From positions 5,456,001-5,520,000 of the forward strand of contig CM075989.1 of assembly GCA_038087875.1 (NCBI GenBank): a stretch of DNA of 64,000 bases. Reading direction: 5' to 3'. Positions within the stretch are counted from its first letter, which is position 1. Each line of letters starts with the position of its first letter. The notes under the pieces are model-generated. The model worked only from the letters and a program-made list of their open reading frames with translations. It was not told the origin of the DNA and made no database searches. Positions 13,185-24,584 of this stretch are shown here, one piece after another. The position numbers and the translations under genes are program-made. The stretch is from Malacoraja senta. Lineage: Eukaryota.

Positions 13185-14330
13185 CTTCTTGGGCAGCTTA
13201 CATGAACGTTGACTTCTCTAACCCCTGCCTTCCCTCTCTCCCCTACCCCCCTCCCTCCCTTGAGATATCGATGAGACCAAGCCTAGACTGGGCGATCGTT
13301 TCGCTGAACACTTATGCTGAGACCACCTTGGCCAACACATTCGCCAAACATTTTGATCTCCCTTGCCCATGCCCATATTGAGCTTTCTGTCCTGGACTCC
13401 TCCATGGTCAGAGAGAGGCCACATACAAATTGGATAAACAGCACTTCATATTTCACTTGGGCAGCTTGCAACCCAGAGGTATGAATGTTGATTTCTCTTT
13501 CCCCTGCATTCCCTCCCACTGTCCTCCCCCACCCTAGTCATCCTACTAGGTCCACTGTTTGCATCCTTGTACACCTTCATTATCTCCGCTTCCCCAGCCA
13601 ACAATTCCCCAGTCTACATCGGTGAGACCAAGCGGAGGCTTGGCGATCGTTTCGCCGAACACCTCCGCTCGGTCCGCATTAACCAACCTGACCTCCCGGT
13701 GGCTCAGCACTTCAACTCCCCCTCCCATTCCGTATCCGACCTCTCTGTCCTGGGTCTCCTCCATGGCCACAGCGAGCAACACTGGAAATTGGAGGAACAG
13801 CACCTCATATTCCGCTTGGGGAGTCTGCATCCTGGGGGCATGAACATTGAATTCTCCCTATTCTGTTAGCCCTTGCTGTCTCCTCCCCTTCCACAGCCCT
13901 CGGGCTGTCTCCTCCCATCCCTCAGCCCTCGGGCTCCTCCTCTGCCTTTTTCCTTTCTTCTCCCCACCCTCCATCAGTCTGAAGAAGGGTTTCGGCCCGA
14001 AACGTTGCCTATTTCCTTCGCTCCATAGATGCTGCCGCACCCGCTGAGTTTCTCCAGCATTTTTGTGTACCTTCAATTTTCCAGCATCTGCAGTTCCTTC
14101 TTAAACACAACAATTAAGCATTATGGACTCCACCCTTCCTCGGTCATCTGTTGCCGGCCCTGCATTGTTCTGGCCTTTTCTCATCTCCAGTTCCTCGCCT
14201 CCCCCCCCCCCTCCCCCCTTCCCTATTTTCTGGTCTGAAGAAGGGTCCCATCCCAAAACATCACCCATCCTTTTTCTCCAGAGATGCCGCTGCCTGACTC
14301 GCTGAGTTACTCCAGCAATTTGTGTCCATC
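13185..14330 (+). mobile_element. Composite of Penelope-like retroelement 3' fragments
   Basis: Several GIY-YIG C-terminal fragments and pLTRs, bounded by the 10-bp direct repeat aagctgcatt (13175-13184 / 14331-14340). Confidence 0.8.
13606..13869 (+). pseudogene. Penelope GIY-YIG endonuclease fragment
   Basis: VYIGETKRRLGDRFAEH...VAQHFN...EQHLIFRLGSLHPGGMN. Confidence 0.9.
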
Positions 14331-15196
14331 AAGCTGCATTAGAAGTTTGGATTCGGTGGGAAAGTTTTTTTGAAACAAAGTTATCCGACCCTTCAGGTGC
14401 GTCACCAGTAATGTGAAGCGGGCAAATGGAATTGTACCTCTTGACAGAAGGCCTCAAGTCACAGGTCACCCAAGGCTGGAGAGTAACTGAAGTAGAACAT
14501 GTCGACCTCACTGCAGGGAAGTGGAGGGGCGGCTGCTGGCGGTGTTGACGGAGGTCCTACAGCAGCTGGGCGAGCGAGCGGATCCAGCGCAGTTTGCAGC
14601 AACTGCACAGAGCGGTGGTGGAAGGAGCCGGCAGCATCGCCCTGGGCCAGGCCGACCCTGGCCTTAAAGAGAGATGTATATGAATTGCACATCTCCTTGG
14701 ACCAAGCTTGGACTTTTCAGAGACTTGGAGGTAGCAAGGTGGTGCCAGAACATGGCGGCTCTCTGCATGCTGTTCCAGAAGAGGACCTATTGTCCTCATG
14801 TACTGTGTGATTTGACAGGACATCATGCAGAATATGCTGTTCACTGAATCTCTGTAGACATGACAGAATTGGAACCATTGAACAAATTAAGGTTCAAATC
14901 TACATTCACAAACACTAAACTAAACAGTCAATTGTACAAATAATTGACCTCCATATTTCCCCTTTGATACATCAGCACAATTCATACTCTGCAAAAGGGA
15001 AATTACCAGTAATGTACCAGCCCCTCATTTGTAACCATTGATGTTTGACACCATAATGAGTACAGAATCTCTGCCGCAGTTTTCAGGAGCTCGTGCCCAA
15101 TGTTGAAGATAGAGAGAGATACTTTTCAGGTGGTGTCCATTCAAGATACGTCTGGTCAGACATGGTTATGTCACCTAATTATTTTTAATTCTTTTA

Positions 15197-15614
15197 TCAG
15201 CCTGTCCCACTTAGGCAATTTTTTAGGCAACTACAGGCGACTAGTTTGTCGCCACATGTTCGCCGGTGGTCGCCAGGAGTCGTCTCCTCAGACGCGCGAA
15301 AAGTCGTAACGTCATTCTGGTCGCCGCTAAATTTTACACGTTGAAATTTTTTTGTCGACAGTGGGTTTGACGCCAATGAGCATAGCTTGACTTCTCCTGA
15401 CGTAGGTGCTGTCGTAGGTTGTCGCCAGGATGTCGTAGGTTGTCGCCAGTTTTTCGGCGACTTGTTACGGCTATATGTAGACAAAAATGGTGGAGAAACG
15501 TAGCGGGTGAGGCAGCATCTATGGAGCGAAGGAAATAGGAAACGTTTCGGGTCGAGACCCGACTATGACAGACGCCGGCAGTTGCCTAAAAAATCGGCAA
15601 GTGGGACAAGCCCA
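15197..15614. mobile_element. PIF/Harbinger-type MITE
   Basis: TIRs tcagcctgtcccacttaggcaattttttaggcaact / agttgcctaaaaaatcggcaagtgggacaagccca and TTA TSD. Contains a Penelope pLTR piece at about 15478-15560. Confidence 0.85.
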
Positions 15615-15952
15615 TTAGGGTTGTCAGCCCTCCAGGATTTACACAGGGTCTTCCGCTGGAAACTTTGACCAAATTACACAACACTTCAGGGACCACCCAG
15701 TGGAAACGCTGAAAAGCAAAACATTAGAGTTGTTAAAAATCTGACATAAAGAAAATAATATTCTAGAAATAGTCAGTAGAACAACGGAACGGAATCTGGA
15801 CGGAAAGAGATGAGAGGGGCAAAGTTTAAAGGAGATGTGTGGGGCAATTTTTTTAAACACAGAGGGCGGTGGGTGGCTGGTATACACTGCCAGCGGTAGT
15901 GGTGGAGGCAAATATGATAGTGGCGTTTAAGATAGTTTTAGATAGGCATGTA

Positions 15953-17552
15953 CAGTGGCTTGGAAAAGTATTCATACCCCTTGAACTTTTCCACATTTTG
16001 TCATGTTACAACCACAAACGTAAATGTATTTTATTGGGATTTTATGTGATAGACCAACACAAAGTGGCGCATAATTGTGAAGTGGAAGGAAAATGATACA
16101 TGGTTTTCAATTTCTTTTACAAATAAAAAACTGAAAAGTGTCGCGTGCATAAGTATTCAGCCCCCTTTACTCTGATACCCCTAAATAAAACCCAGTGCAA
16201 CCAATTGCCTTCAGAAGTCACCTAATTAGTAAATAGAGTCCACTTGTGTGTAATATAATCTCAGTATAAATACAGCTGTTCTGTGAAGGCCTCAGAGGTT
16301 TGTTAGAGAACATTAGTGAACAAACAGCATCATAAAGCCCAAGGAACACACCAGACAGGTCAGGGATAAAGTTGTGGAGAAGTTTAAAGCAAATATCCCA
16401 AGCTTTGAACATCTCACAGAACACTGTTCAATCCATCATCCGGAAATGGAAAGAGTATGGCACAACTGCAAACCTACCAAGACATGGCCGTCCACCTAAA
16501 CTGACAGGCCGGGCAAGGAGAGCATTGATCAGAGAAGCAGCCAAGAGGCCCATGGTAACTCTGGAGGAGCTGCAGAGATCCACAGCTCTGGTGGGAGAAT
16601 CTGTCCACAGGACAACTATTAGTCGTGCACTCCACAAATCGGGCCCTTATGGAAGAGTGGCAAGAAGAAAGCCATTGTTGAAAAAAAGCCATAAGAAGTC
16701 CCGTTTGCAGTTTGCCACAAGCCATGTGGGGGACACAGCAAACATGTGGAGGAAGGTGCTCTGGTCAGATGTGACCAAAATTTAAGTTTTTGGCCTAAAT
16801 GCAAAATGCTATGTGTGGCGGAAACCTAACACTGCACATCACCCTGAACACACCATCCCCACTGTGAAACATGGTGGTGGCAGCATCATGCTGTGGGGAT
16901 GCTTTTCTTCAGCAGGGACAGGGAAGCTGGTCAGAGTTGATGGGAAGATGGATGGAGCCAAATACAGGGCAATCTTGGAAGAAAACCTGTTAGAGTCTGC
17001 AAAAGACTTGAGACTGGGGCGGAGGTTCACCTTCCAGCAGGACAACGACCCTAAACATACAGCCAGAGCTACAATGGAATGGTTTAGATCAAAGCATATT
17101 CATGTGTTAGAATGGCCCAGTCAAAGTCCAGACCTAAATCCAATTGAGAATCTCTGGCAAGACTTGAAAATTGCTGTTCACAGACACTCTCCATCCAATC
17201 TGACTGAGCTTGAGCTATTTTGCAAAGAAGAATGGGCAAAAATGTCAGTCTCTAGATGTGCAAAGCTGGTAGAGACATACCCCAAAAGACTTGCAGCTGT
17301 AATTGCAACGAAAGGTGGTTCTACAAAGTATTGACTCAGGGGGGCTGAATACTTTTGCACGCGACACTTTTCAGTTTTTTATTTGTAAAAACATTTGAAA
17401 ACCATGTATCATTTTCCTTCCACTTCACAATTATGCACCACTTTATGTTGGTCTATCACATAAAATCCCAATAAAATACATTTACGTTTGTGGTTGTAAC
17501 GTGACAAAATGTGGAAAAGTTCAAGGGGTATAAATACTTTTGCAAGCCACTG
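15953..17552 (+). mobile_element. Full-length Tc1-like DNA transposon (Passport-like, IR/DR type)
   Basis: TA TSD; ~210-bp TIRs starting CAGTGGCTTG with inner/outer repeats (aagtattca); inserted in a CR1 fragment. Confidence 0.97.
16332..17334 (+). pseudogene. Tc1 DD34E transposase, inactivated
   Basis: HTH/GRPPK, WSD.TK, QDNDPKH and [11 protein letters not shown] motifs (34 residues between D2 and E). Lesions: ATG>ATA at 16332, a frameshifting deletion near 16390 and an in-frame TAA at 16783. Confidence 0.95.
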
Positions 17553-17584
17553 TAGATATGTTGGAAATGGAGGGATACAGATCA

Positions 17585-17885
17585 TGTTTAGTTTAGTTTG
17601 GTTTAGAAATGCAGCATGGAAACAGGACCTTCGGCCTACTAGTCCCAACTAGCGACGGCCCAACCATCACCCGTACACTAGTGCTAACCTACACGCTGGG
17701 GACAATTTACAGAAGTCAATTCATCTAAAAATCTGTACATTCTTGGAACATGGGAGGAAACCGGAGCATCCAGGGAATATCCACATGGTCACAGGGGGAA
17801 CGTACAAACTCTGTACACATAGCATCTGTATTCAGGATTGAACCCGGGTCTCTACGCTGTAAGGCATCCACCACTGTGTCACTGA
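17585..17885 (-). mobile_element. V-SINE (HE1-like)
   Basis: Same head, V-domain and tail as 9805-10120. Confidence 0.75.
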
Positions 17886-17934
17886 GCCCCGCACCAGTGC
17901 AGGCAAAGGAGATTAGTTTATCTTGGCATCATGT

Positions 17935-18436
17935 ACGTGGCATTTAGGAGGGTAGTCCGAGTAGACGTACCTCCGCAGGGTCCTGAGTCGGAGAGCCGCC
18001 ACCTGGGTACGAACACAGACCAGCGCCTGACCGCCCTCCTCCAACGGGAGACCCAGAACCCCAGCAAAGACCCAGTGGTTCCTCTCACCCCAGAAGAAGT
18101 TGACCAATCTCATCTGTAACCTGGTTATAAATAAAGAGGACGGGAGCATAGTGGCCAGCCGGTACCACAGCAGAGAGGCCACCAGCTGGTTTATAACTAC
18201 AGCCGTGCCCTACACCAAGGAGGCCTGACCAACGTCCCGGCAGGGAGTCCACCTCCCACTGACCCACCAAGAGTCCAGACACTTCCCCCAGTTGATCTTG
18301 GCGGAGGACGCAGCTGAGAAAACCTGCTGGCACTCACGCATCCTTCACAGGTCAACAGGGTCGGTGAACATCAAAATGGCATCATCGGCGTAGGCCGAGA
18401 GAACCACCTCCATCCCCAGCCCCGGCAAAGCCACTC
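17935..18436 (-). mobile_element. Tx1/L1 LINE fragment, second copy
   Basis: Homologous to 19570-20203 with internal deletions; abuts the poly(A) of the longer copy. Confidence 0.9.
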
Positions 18437-20203
18437 TTTTTTTTTTTTTTTTTTTTTTTTCCGTAAATGTTTTTTATTAGATTTTTAAACAAATGTACAA
18501 TTTACAATGGAGGGTAGAAAGCTCACACAATTTAAAAAACACTTAAACAAAATTATCAAATTAAAATATTAACATTTTTATCTATAATATATTCAACCTC
18601 CTGTGGTGACCAGCGTTCACAGAAGGCCTCCACAGTCCCCGTGGACACCGCGTGTTCCCTCTCTAGGAACACGCGGGCACGGACGTAACCCCGGAAAAGG
18701 GGCAGGCAGCCGACCGCTGTGCGGCCATCGACCACCCGCTGCCTGGACCCGCGAATGGCCATCTTGGCCAGGCCCAGGAGCAGACCGACAGGGAGACCCC
18801 CTCCTCCCTCCCGACCCTCCCCCCTCTGTACCGGGTGCCCATAGATTAATAGCGTTGGACTAAAATGTAGCCAAAACTTGAGGAGCAGCCCTTTCAGATA
18901 CTCGAACAGGGGCTGCAACCTCTCGCACTCTATATACACGTGGAACACGGTCTCTTCCTCACCGCAGAAATGACAAGCAGGGGAAGAGTCCGTGAACCGG
19001 CTCAAGTACCTATTACAGGCCACGGCTTTGTGCAAAACTCTCCACCCCAGGTCCCCGATGTAAAGGGGGAGGACTCCCTTGTAGAGAGACCACTGGGGAT
19101 CGCTCCCCTCGTCAGGTGGTAACACGGACCGCCAGGGTGTGTCTGGACGGATGACGAGGGCGAGGAAGTGGAGAGTGTGCAAGAGCAGCCTGTACAGTAC
19201 GCGCCTCTCCGCGCCACGGAATGGCACACTGGGCATCTCAGAAAGGCGGCTCATGTTGCATGGGGCCGGCTCTCGGGGAGGGTCCCGGGCCATGGGCCCT
19301 ATGAACAATTCCGACTGAGCGGGGGTAAGCTCGTCCGGAATCGCTCCATGCACACGCCTCTCCTCGACACCCACCGTCACAGCCACGACACCCCCCTCCC
19401 CCTGAGGAGCAGGGCCCTGGCTGAAGGTGACCAAATTCCTGGCCTTCAGGAGTTCACGGTAAAAGCCAGGCAACTCCCGCCTAGCGCGTCGACTCATGCC
19501 CGCTACCGGGAGCCGGGAGCCCTCCTGAAGGCACCGCCCCTGACGGAAAAAGTACGTCGCCAGCATGTGCCATTTAGGAGGGTAGTCCGAGTAGACGTAC
19601 CTCCGCAGGGTCCTGAGTCGGAGAGCCGCCACCTGGGTACGAATACAGACCAGCGCCTGACCACCCTCCTCCAACGGGAGACTCAGAACCCCAGCAGAGA
19701 CCCAGTGGTTCCTCTCCCCCCAGAAGAAGTTGACCAATCTCCTCTGTAACATGGTTATAAAATAAGAAGATGGGACCATAGTGGCCATCCGGTACCACAG
19801 CAGAGAGGCCACCAGCTGGTTTATAACTACAGCCCTGCCCCGGTAAGAGAGCACACCAAGTAGGCCTGACCAACGTCCCAGCCGGGCGACCACTTTCGCC
19901 TCCAGCTCCTGCCAGTTCGCCGGCCACCCCTCCTCAGCGGGACTCAGGTAGACCCCCAGATAGAGGAGGTGCGTGGTACTCCACGCAAAACCTGCCATCT
20001 CCTCCGGCAGGGAGTCCACCTGCCACCCACCCATCAAGAGACCAGAACACTTCCCCCAGTTGATCCTGGCGGAAGATGCAGCCGAGAAAACCTGCTGGCA
20101 CTCACGCATCCTCCACAGGTCAACAGGGTCGGTGAACATCAGAAGGACATCATCGGCGTAGGCCGAGAGAACCACCTCCATCCCCGGCCCCGGCAAAGCC
20201 ACT
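18437..20203 (-). mobile_element. 5'-truncated Tx1/L1-clade LINE with 3' UTR and poly(A)
   Basis: Poly-T run 18437-18460 on the plus strand; ORF2 C-terminal half is uninterrupted. Confidence 0.92.
18556..20202 (-). CDS. Tx1-like ORF2 C-terminal part (end of RT + zf-RVT), 548 aa uninterrupted
   Basis: SAYADDV, INWGKC, YLGVYL, LSYRGR, PLEEGG and CHFCGEEETVFHVYIEC motifs. Confidence 0.9.
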   Translation of the reverse strand: MALPGPGMEVVLSAYADDVLLMFTDPVDLWRMRECQQVFSAASSARINWGKCSGLLMGGWQVDSLPEEMAGFAWSTTHLLYLGVYLSPAEEGWPANWQELEAKVVARLGRWSGLLGVLSYRGRAVVINQLVASLLWYRMATMVPSSYFITMLQRRLVNFFWGERNHWVSAGVLSLPLEEGGQALVCIRTQVAALRLRTLRRYVYSDYPPKWHMLATYFFRQGRCLQEGSRLPVAGMSRRARRELPGFYRELLKARNLVTFSQGPAPQGEGGVVAVTVGVEERRVHGAIPDELTPAQSELFIGPMARDPPREPAPCNMSRLSEMPSVPFRGAERRVLYRLLLHTLHFLALVIRPDTPWRSVLPPDEGSDPQWSLYKGVLPLYIGDLGWRVLHKAVACNRYLSRFTDSSPACHFCGEEETVFHVYIECERLQPLFEYLKGLLLKFWLHFSPTLLIYGHPVQRGEGREGGGGLPVGLLLGLAKMAIRGSRQRVVDGRTAVGCLPLFRGYVRARVFLEREHAVSTGTVEAFCERWSPQEVEYIIDKNVNILI

Positions 20204-20326
20204 TGGCCCCACTCTGGGAGTAGAAGTGGGGGCAGACCTGCGCGGCCACACGATGCCCGTGCGCCTCAATGCGACGACGAGGTCGCGTAATTTGCGTGCC
20301 AAGGACACGTAAGTGGGACAGGGCCT
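20204..20326. mobile_element. Harbinger MITE remnant (right end only)
   Basis: aagtgggacagggcct followed by TAA, then a SINE head remnant. Confidence 0.6.
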
Positions 20327-20606
20327 TAAGGCAGCAACTCAATCGCTGCGCCACTGTGCTGCCTTTGTCAGGTCATACGATGAGACCTCCAGGAATCCGT
20401 CCAATAGAAGCTGGCAATCTTTGTCTGAGATGAAATAAGAATCGTGAAGTTTAAAAATAAATGTTTGGCCACATGAAGCAAAATTATAAACTCGCACAGA
20501 GGATGTACGTGGAACAGTGTGAAGAGATAAATTCCCAATGTACAACAATCTCTTCGATGATAACACCACAAGAAGGGGTGAAGGGTTACTTCATGAGTTT
20601 AATAAT

Positions 20607-20915
20607 GGGCGGCACGGTGGTGCAGCGGTGGAGCTACTGCCTTACTCCACCAGCGTCCTGGGTTCAATCCTGACTACGGGTGCTTGATGGAAGGAGTTTG
20701 TACGTTCTCCCCGTGACCTGAGTACGTTTTCTCCGAGATCTTCAGCTTCCTCCCACACTCCACAGACTTACAGGTTTGTCGGTTAATTGGCTTGGTATCA
20801 ATGTAAAATTGTCCCTAGTGTATGTCGGATAGTGTCAATGTTCGAGGATAGCTGGTTGGCGTGGACTCGGTGGGCTGACGGGCCTGTTTCGGCGCTGTAT
20901 CTGTAAACTAAGCTA
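20607..20915 (+). mobile_element. V-SINE (HE1-like), full length
   Basis: gggcggcacggtggtgcagcgg (box A), ggttcaatcc (box B), V-domain and tail. Confidence 0.85.
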
Positions 20916-21092
20916 AAGGTTAAAGCTGACTCGGGGGCTGTTAATGTTAATTCTGCGTACTTGGGGGTACTTCCAATTCTTTGCCAAGGCTTCCTTTATC
21001 TTGGCAACTACAGTTCACCAAAAAATAAATCAACGGTGAAGAGTTTAGATACTGTATATAAGGAGAAATTGTTTTAGTTGGCAGCAGGGTTG

Positions 21093-21331
21093 AGGGCCTG
21101 TCCCATTTTCACGACCTAATTCACGACCTTTTTTACTCGTGGACATTTTTCATCAGGCTAGAAAAAAACACCCCGACCTACTTGATGCCACGAGTACCTA
21201 CGACTAGCATCACGGCCTGCTATGACCTACCTACGACCTCCTACGACCTCGTGACGACCATGCTTTGAGTATGAATCAAGGGCAAACACGGCAGAGGTCG
21301 TGAATTAGGTCGTGAAAGTGGGACAGGCCCT
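21093..21331. mobile_element. PIF/Harbinger-type MITE
   Basis: TIRs agggcctgtcccattttcacgacctaattcacgac / gtcgtgaattaggtcgtgaaagtgggacaggccct; 3-bp TSD TTG. Confidence 0.9.
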
Positions 21332-22100
21332 TTGGTAAGCGGAAGACATAGGTTTAATTGAATTGGGACGAGTGGGAAGGGGTGAGTGAGACACTTATTT
21401 GTCAAGAATGAGTAAAGAGTTGGAACTCCCTGTCTGGAGAGGTCAGTGGAAGCCAAATTAATAGTAATTTACAAATGGTAACAGAGTCTTTTCCAGCATT
21501 GTCTGGATGGTGGGGAAACATGATTAATTAGCTTGCTCTTTCAAAGAGCTAGCACAAGCACAGTGGGCTGAATGGCCTCAAGCTGTGCAACCTAAATCAT
21601 ACTACATGAAGCACAAGAAAGTGAGTGTCAAAGATAAAAGTTGCAAAATAATTTCACAAGCATTATGGACCCAGCACTGACACAAAGCATCATCCTTGAT
21701 AATCTTCAATGGTGAAGAAGGCAGTGCTATTCCTACTTTCTAATCAACAGCTGGGTATTTTTGGTACGTTCACTAATTAATGCTTTCATTTCAAAATTCT
21801 CCTTTGCAACCCCACTCCTCCCAGATCTGCAGATCCTGCAAACTGCATTGCTCTTAACTGTCCCTTCTGCCCCGTCACCGGAATGAAGCGGAGGCTATGG
21901 AGAGGGTGCAGAAGAGGTTCACCAGAATGATGACTGGATCAGAGGGTACTAGCTACCCGGAGAGGTTGGACAACCCTGGATAGTTCTCTCTAGAACGCCA
22001 GAGGTTGCGGGGAGATCTGATAGAGGTATATCAAACTGAGAGGCGTAGATAGGCTAGAGAGTCAGAAGCTTTTTCCCAAGGTGAAAATGTAAAAAGGTTA

Positions 22101-22621
22101 AGGGGCTGTCCCACTTGGGCGACCTAATCCGCGAGTTCTGGCGAGTTTGCCCTCGACTCATACTCGCAGCATGGTCGACACGAGGTCGTAGGAGGTCTTC
22201 GTAACTCTCCTTTATGCTCGAGGGTGGTCTCCGCGTACTCGTGGCCTCAGCTAAGTCACGGCGGTTTTCTTCAATTTGTTAAAAAATGCCCGCGAGCAAA
22301 ATAAGGTCGCCATGGAAAAAATCGATACAATTTTTACTCGTAGGTTTAGTTGTTGTTGGTAATAGTAGGTCGGCATGTTAGTCGTAGGTAATCGAGGGTA
22401 GTCGAAGGTAGTCGTAAATAGTCTTCATCATAGCCGAAGGGAGGTCGAAGGAGATCGAAGGAGGTCGTCTTCACTCTCCACTATTCGGTGTCCAATTTTC
22501 CCGAAGTTAGTCGTAGCTAGTCGAAGATGGTCTTCAACATAGTAGAAGGAGGTCTTCAACATGACATTTTTTCAAACTCTTCTAAACTCGCCAATTAGGT
22601 CGCCCAAGTGGGACAGCCCCT
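22101..22621. mobile_element. PIF/Harbinger-type MITE
   Basis: TIRs aggggctgtcccacttgggcgacctaat / attaggtcgcccaagtgggacagcccct; TTA/GTA flanks; internal gtcgtag/gtcgaag repeats. Confidence 0.9.
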
Positions 22622-22904
22622 GTACAGTGCCTACTTTTAAGATGAGAGGAGGCATTCAAGCTGAGAGGGGCAAAGTTTGTGATGGGCAAGTTATTTACAC
22701 TGAGAATGGCAGCTGCCTGGAACACACTGCCCATGTAGGTGAAGCAGGCAGATATGATAGTGGCATTTAAGATCCTTCTTGATAGGCCCATGGATTTATA
22801 GGGAGTGGAGGGATATGAATCATATGCAGGCAGATGAGATTATTATGATAATCAGGTTCCGATTAAAATTTTCCCCTCTCACCTTTCAATCAATCAGTCA
22901 ATTT

Positions 22905-23227
22905 AGTTTAGTTTAGTTTAGAGATACAGCGCGGAAACAGGCCCTTCGGCCCACCGGGTCCGCGCCGACCAGCGATCCCCGCACATTAACACTATCCTAC
23001 ACCCACTATGGACAATTTTTACATTTGTACCAAGCCAATTAACCTACAAACCTGTACGTCTTTGAAGTGTGGGAGGAAACAGAAGATCTCGGAGAAAATT
23101 CACGCAGGCCACGGGCAGAACGTGCAAACTCCGTACAGACAGCACCCGTAGTCGGGATCGAACCGGGTCTCCAGTGCTGCATTTGCTGTAAGGCAGCAAC
23201 TCTACCGCTGCGCCACCTTGACCGCCC
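22905..23227 (-). mobile_element. V-SINE (HE1-like), full length
   Basis: Closely similar to 9805-10120. Confidence 0.88.
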
Positions 23228-24300
23228 AAAAATGTAGATCATAAGATCATAACTGATAGGAGATGAATTAGGCCATTCGGCCCATCTAGTCGTCTACGCC
23301 ATTCAATCATAGTTGTTCTATCTCTCCCTCCCAACTCCATTCTCCTGCCATCTCCCCATAACCCCTGACACCTGTACTAATCAAGAATCTATCTGTCTCT
23401 GCCTTAAATATATCCACTGACTTGGCCTCCACAACCTTCTGTGGGAAAGAATTCCACAGATTCACCGGTGCAGATTAACTTACTACTGTAAATTATCCTT
23501 GGTCCAGGCTTGTCGCTGGCAAATCAGAGGAGTTGATAGGCAGGTGAGAGCCAATATGTTGCAGGGCAATAAAGTAAGTGGGACTGATGGTAACACAGCA
23601 TAGACTCGATGGGCCAAATGGCCTCCATCTCTATGTATGAGAATACATGACGACAGATTCTCAACAGTCTCAAGGTGACCAGTTAATGCACAGATAGGTA
23701 TTTCCTGGCTCAATGCTCAGCTGAATTCCCTTGCATGGGAAGGAACTGCAGGTGCTGGTTTAAAGCGAAGATAGACACAAACTGCTGGAGTAACTCGGCG
23801 GGACCGGCAGCACCTCTGGAGAGAAGGAATGGGCGACGTTTCGGGTCGAAGAAGTGTCTCGAACCGAAACCTCACCCATTCCTTCTATCCAAAGATGCTG
23901 CCTGTCCCGCTGAGTTACTCCAGCATTTTGTGTCTATCTTGCCGTCCAGGTGCATAGATGACGAGCTATTTCCCTGCATTCGGCCCAATCTTTCCTAATC
24001 CATGGACCTGCCCAAATGACAATTAAATGTTGCTTAAAATATGTTTAACGGTGTTGAGACAATAAATGTGCCTCAACCACTTCCTCTGGAAACTTGTTCC
24101 ATTAACCCACTACCCTTCATGTGAAAAAGTTGCCCTGCAGATTCCTATTAAATCTTTCCCCTCTCACCTTAAAATCTTATTCTTGATTTCCCTCCTTCGG
24201 GGAAATAAAAAAAAGATTTTCAGCATTCACTCTATCTGTACTGTTTATGATTTTATACACCTCACCCCTCAACCTCCTGTGCTCCAAGGAAAAAAGTTCA

Positions 24301-24584
24301 TTCTCCCGAGTTTGACCTGAAGATTTACTCGAAGATTTACGGTAATGGTCGCTTGTGGGTACTCGGAGTTCTCGTGGACATTTTTCAACATGTTGAAAAA
24401 TCTTCACGAGTCTTCCCGAGCTTACCGCGTTTCCCGAGTACTTGCCGTTAGCGTTACGAGCCGCTAGGAGACGTCCCCGAGCTCCGAAGTACCCGCTACG
24501 TACATTCTACGTGCTTCCACGAGTTTGATTTTTTTTAAAACTTGGGAGAGCTCTTGAATGAGCTCGTACAGTGGGACAGCCCCA
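24301..24584. mobile_element. Harbinger MITE, left-truncated
   Basis: Right TIR cagtgggacagcccca + TTA; CpG-rich body. Confidence 0.65.

Noticed and set aside
14499..14810. 103-aa plus-strand ORF as a gene
   Set aside because: No recognisable motif. It overlaps the longer reconstructed minus-strand frame and may be its GC-rich antisense shadow.
19168..19749. 193-aa plus-strand ORF
   Set aside because: It is an antisense shadow of the GC-rich Tx1 ORF2.
20607..20680. tRNA gene
   Set aside because: The box A/B head continues into the V-SINE body, so it is a SINE, as are the other tRNA-like heads.
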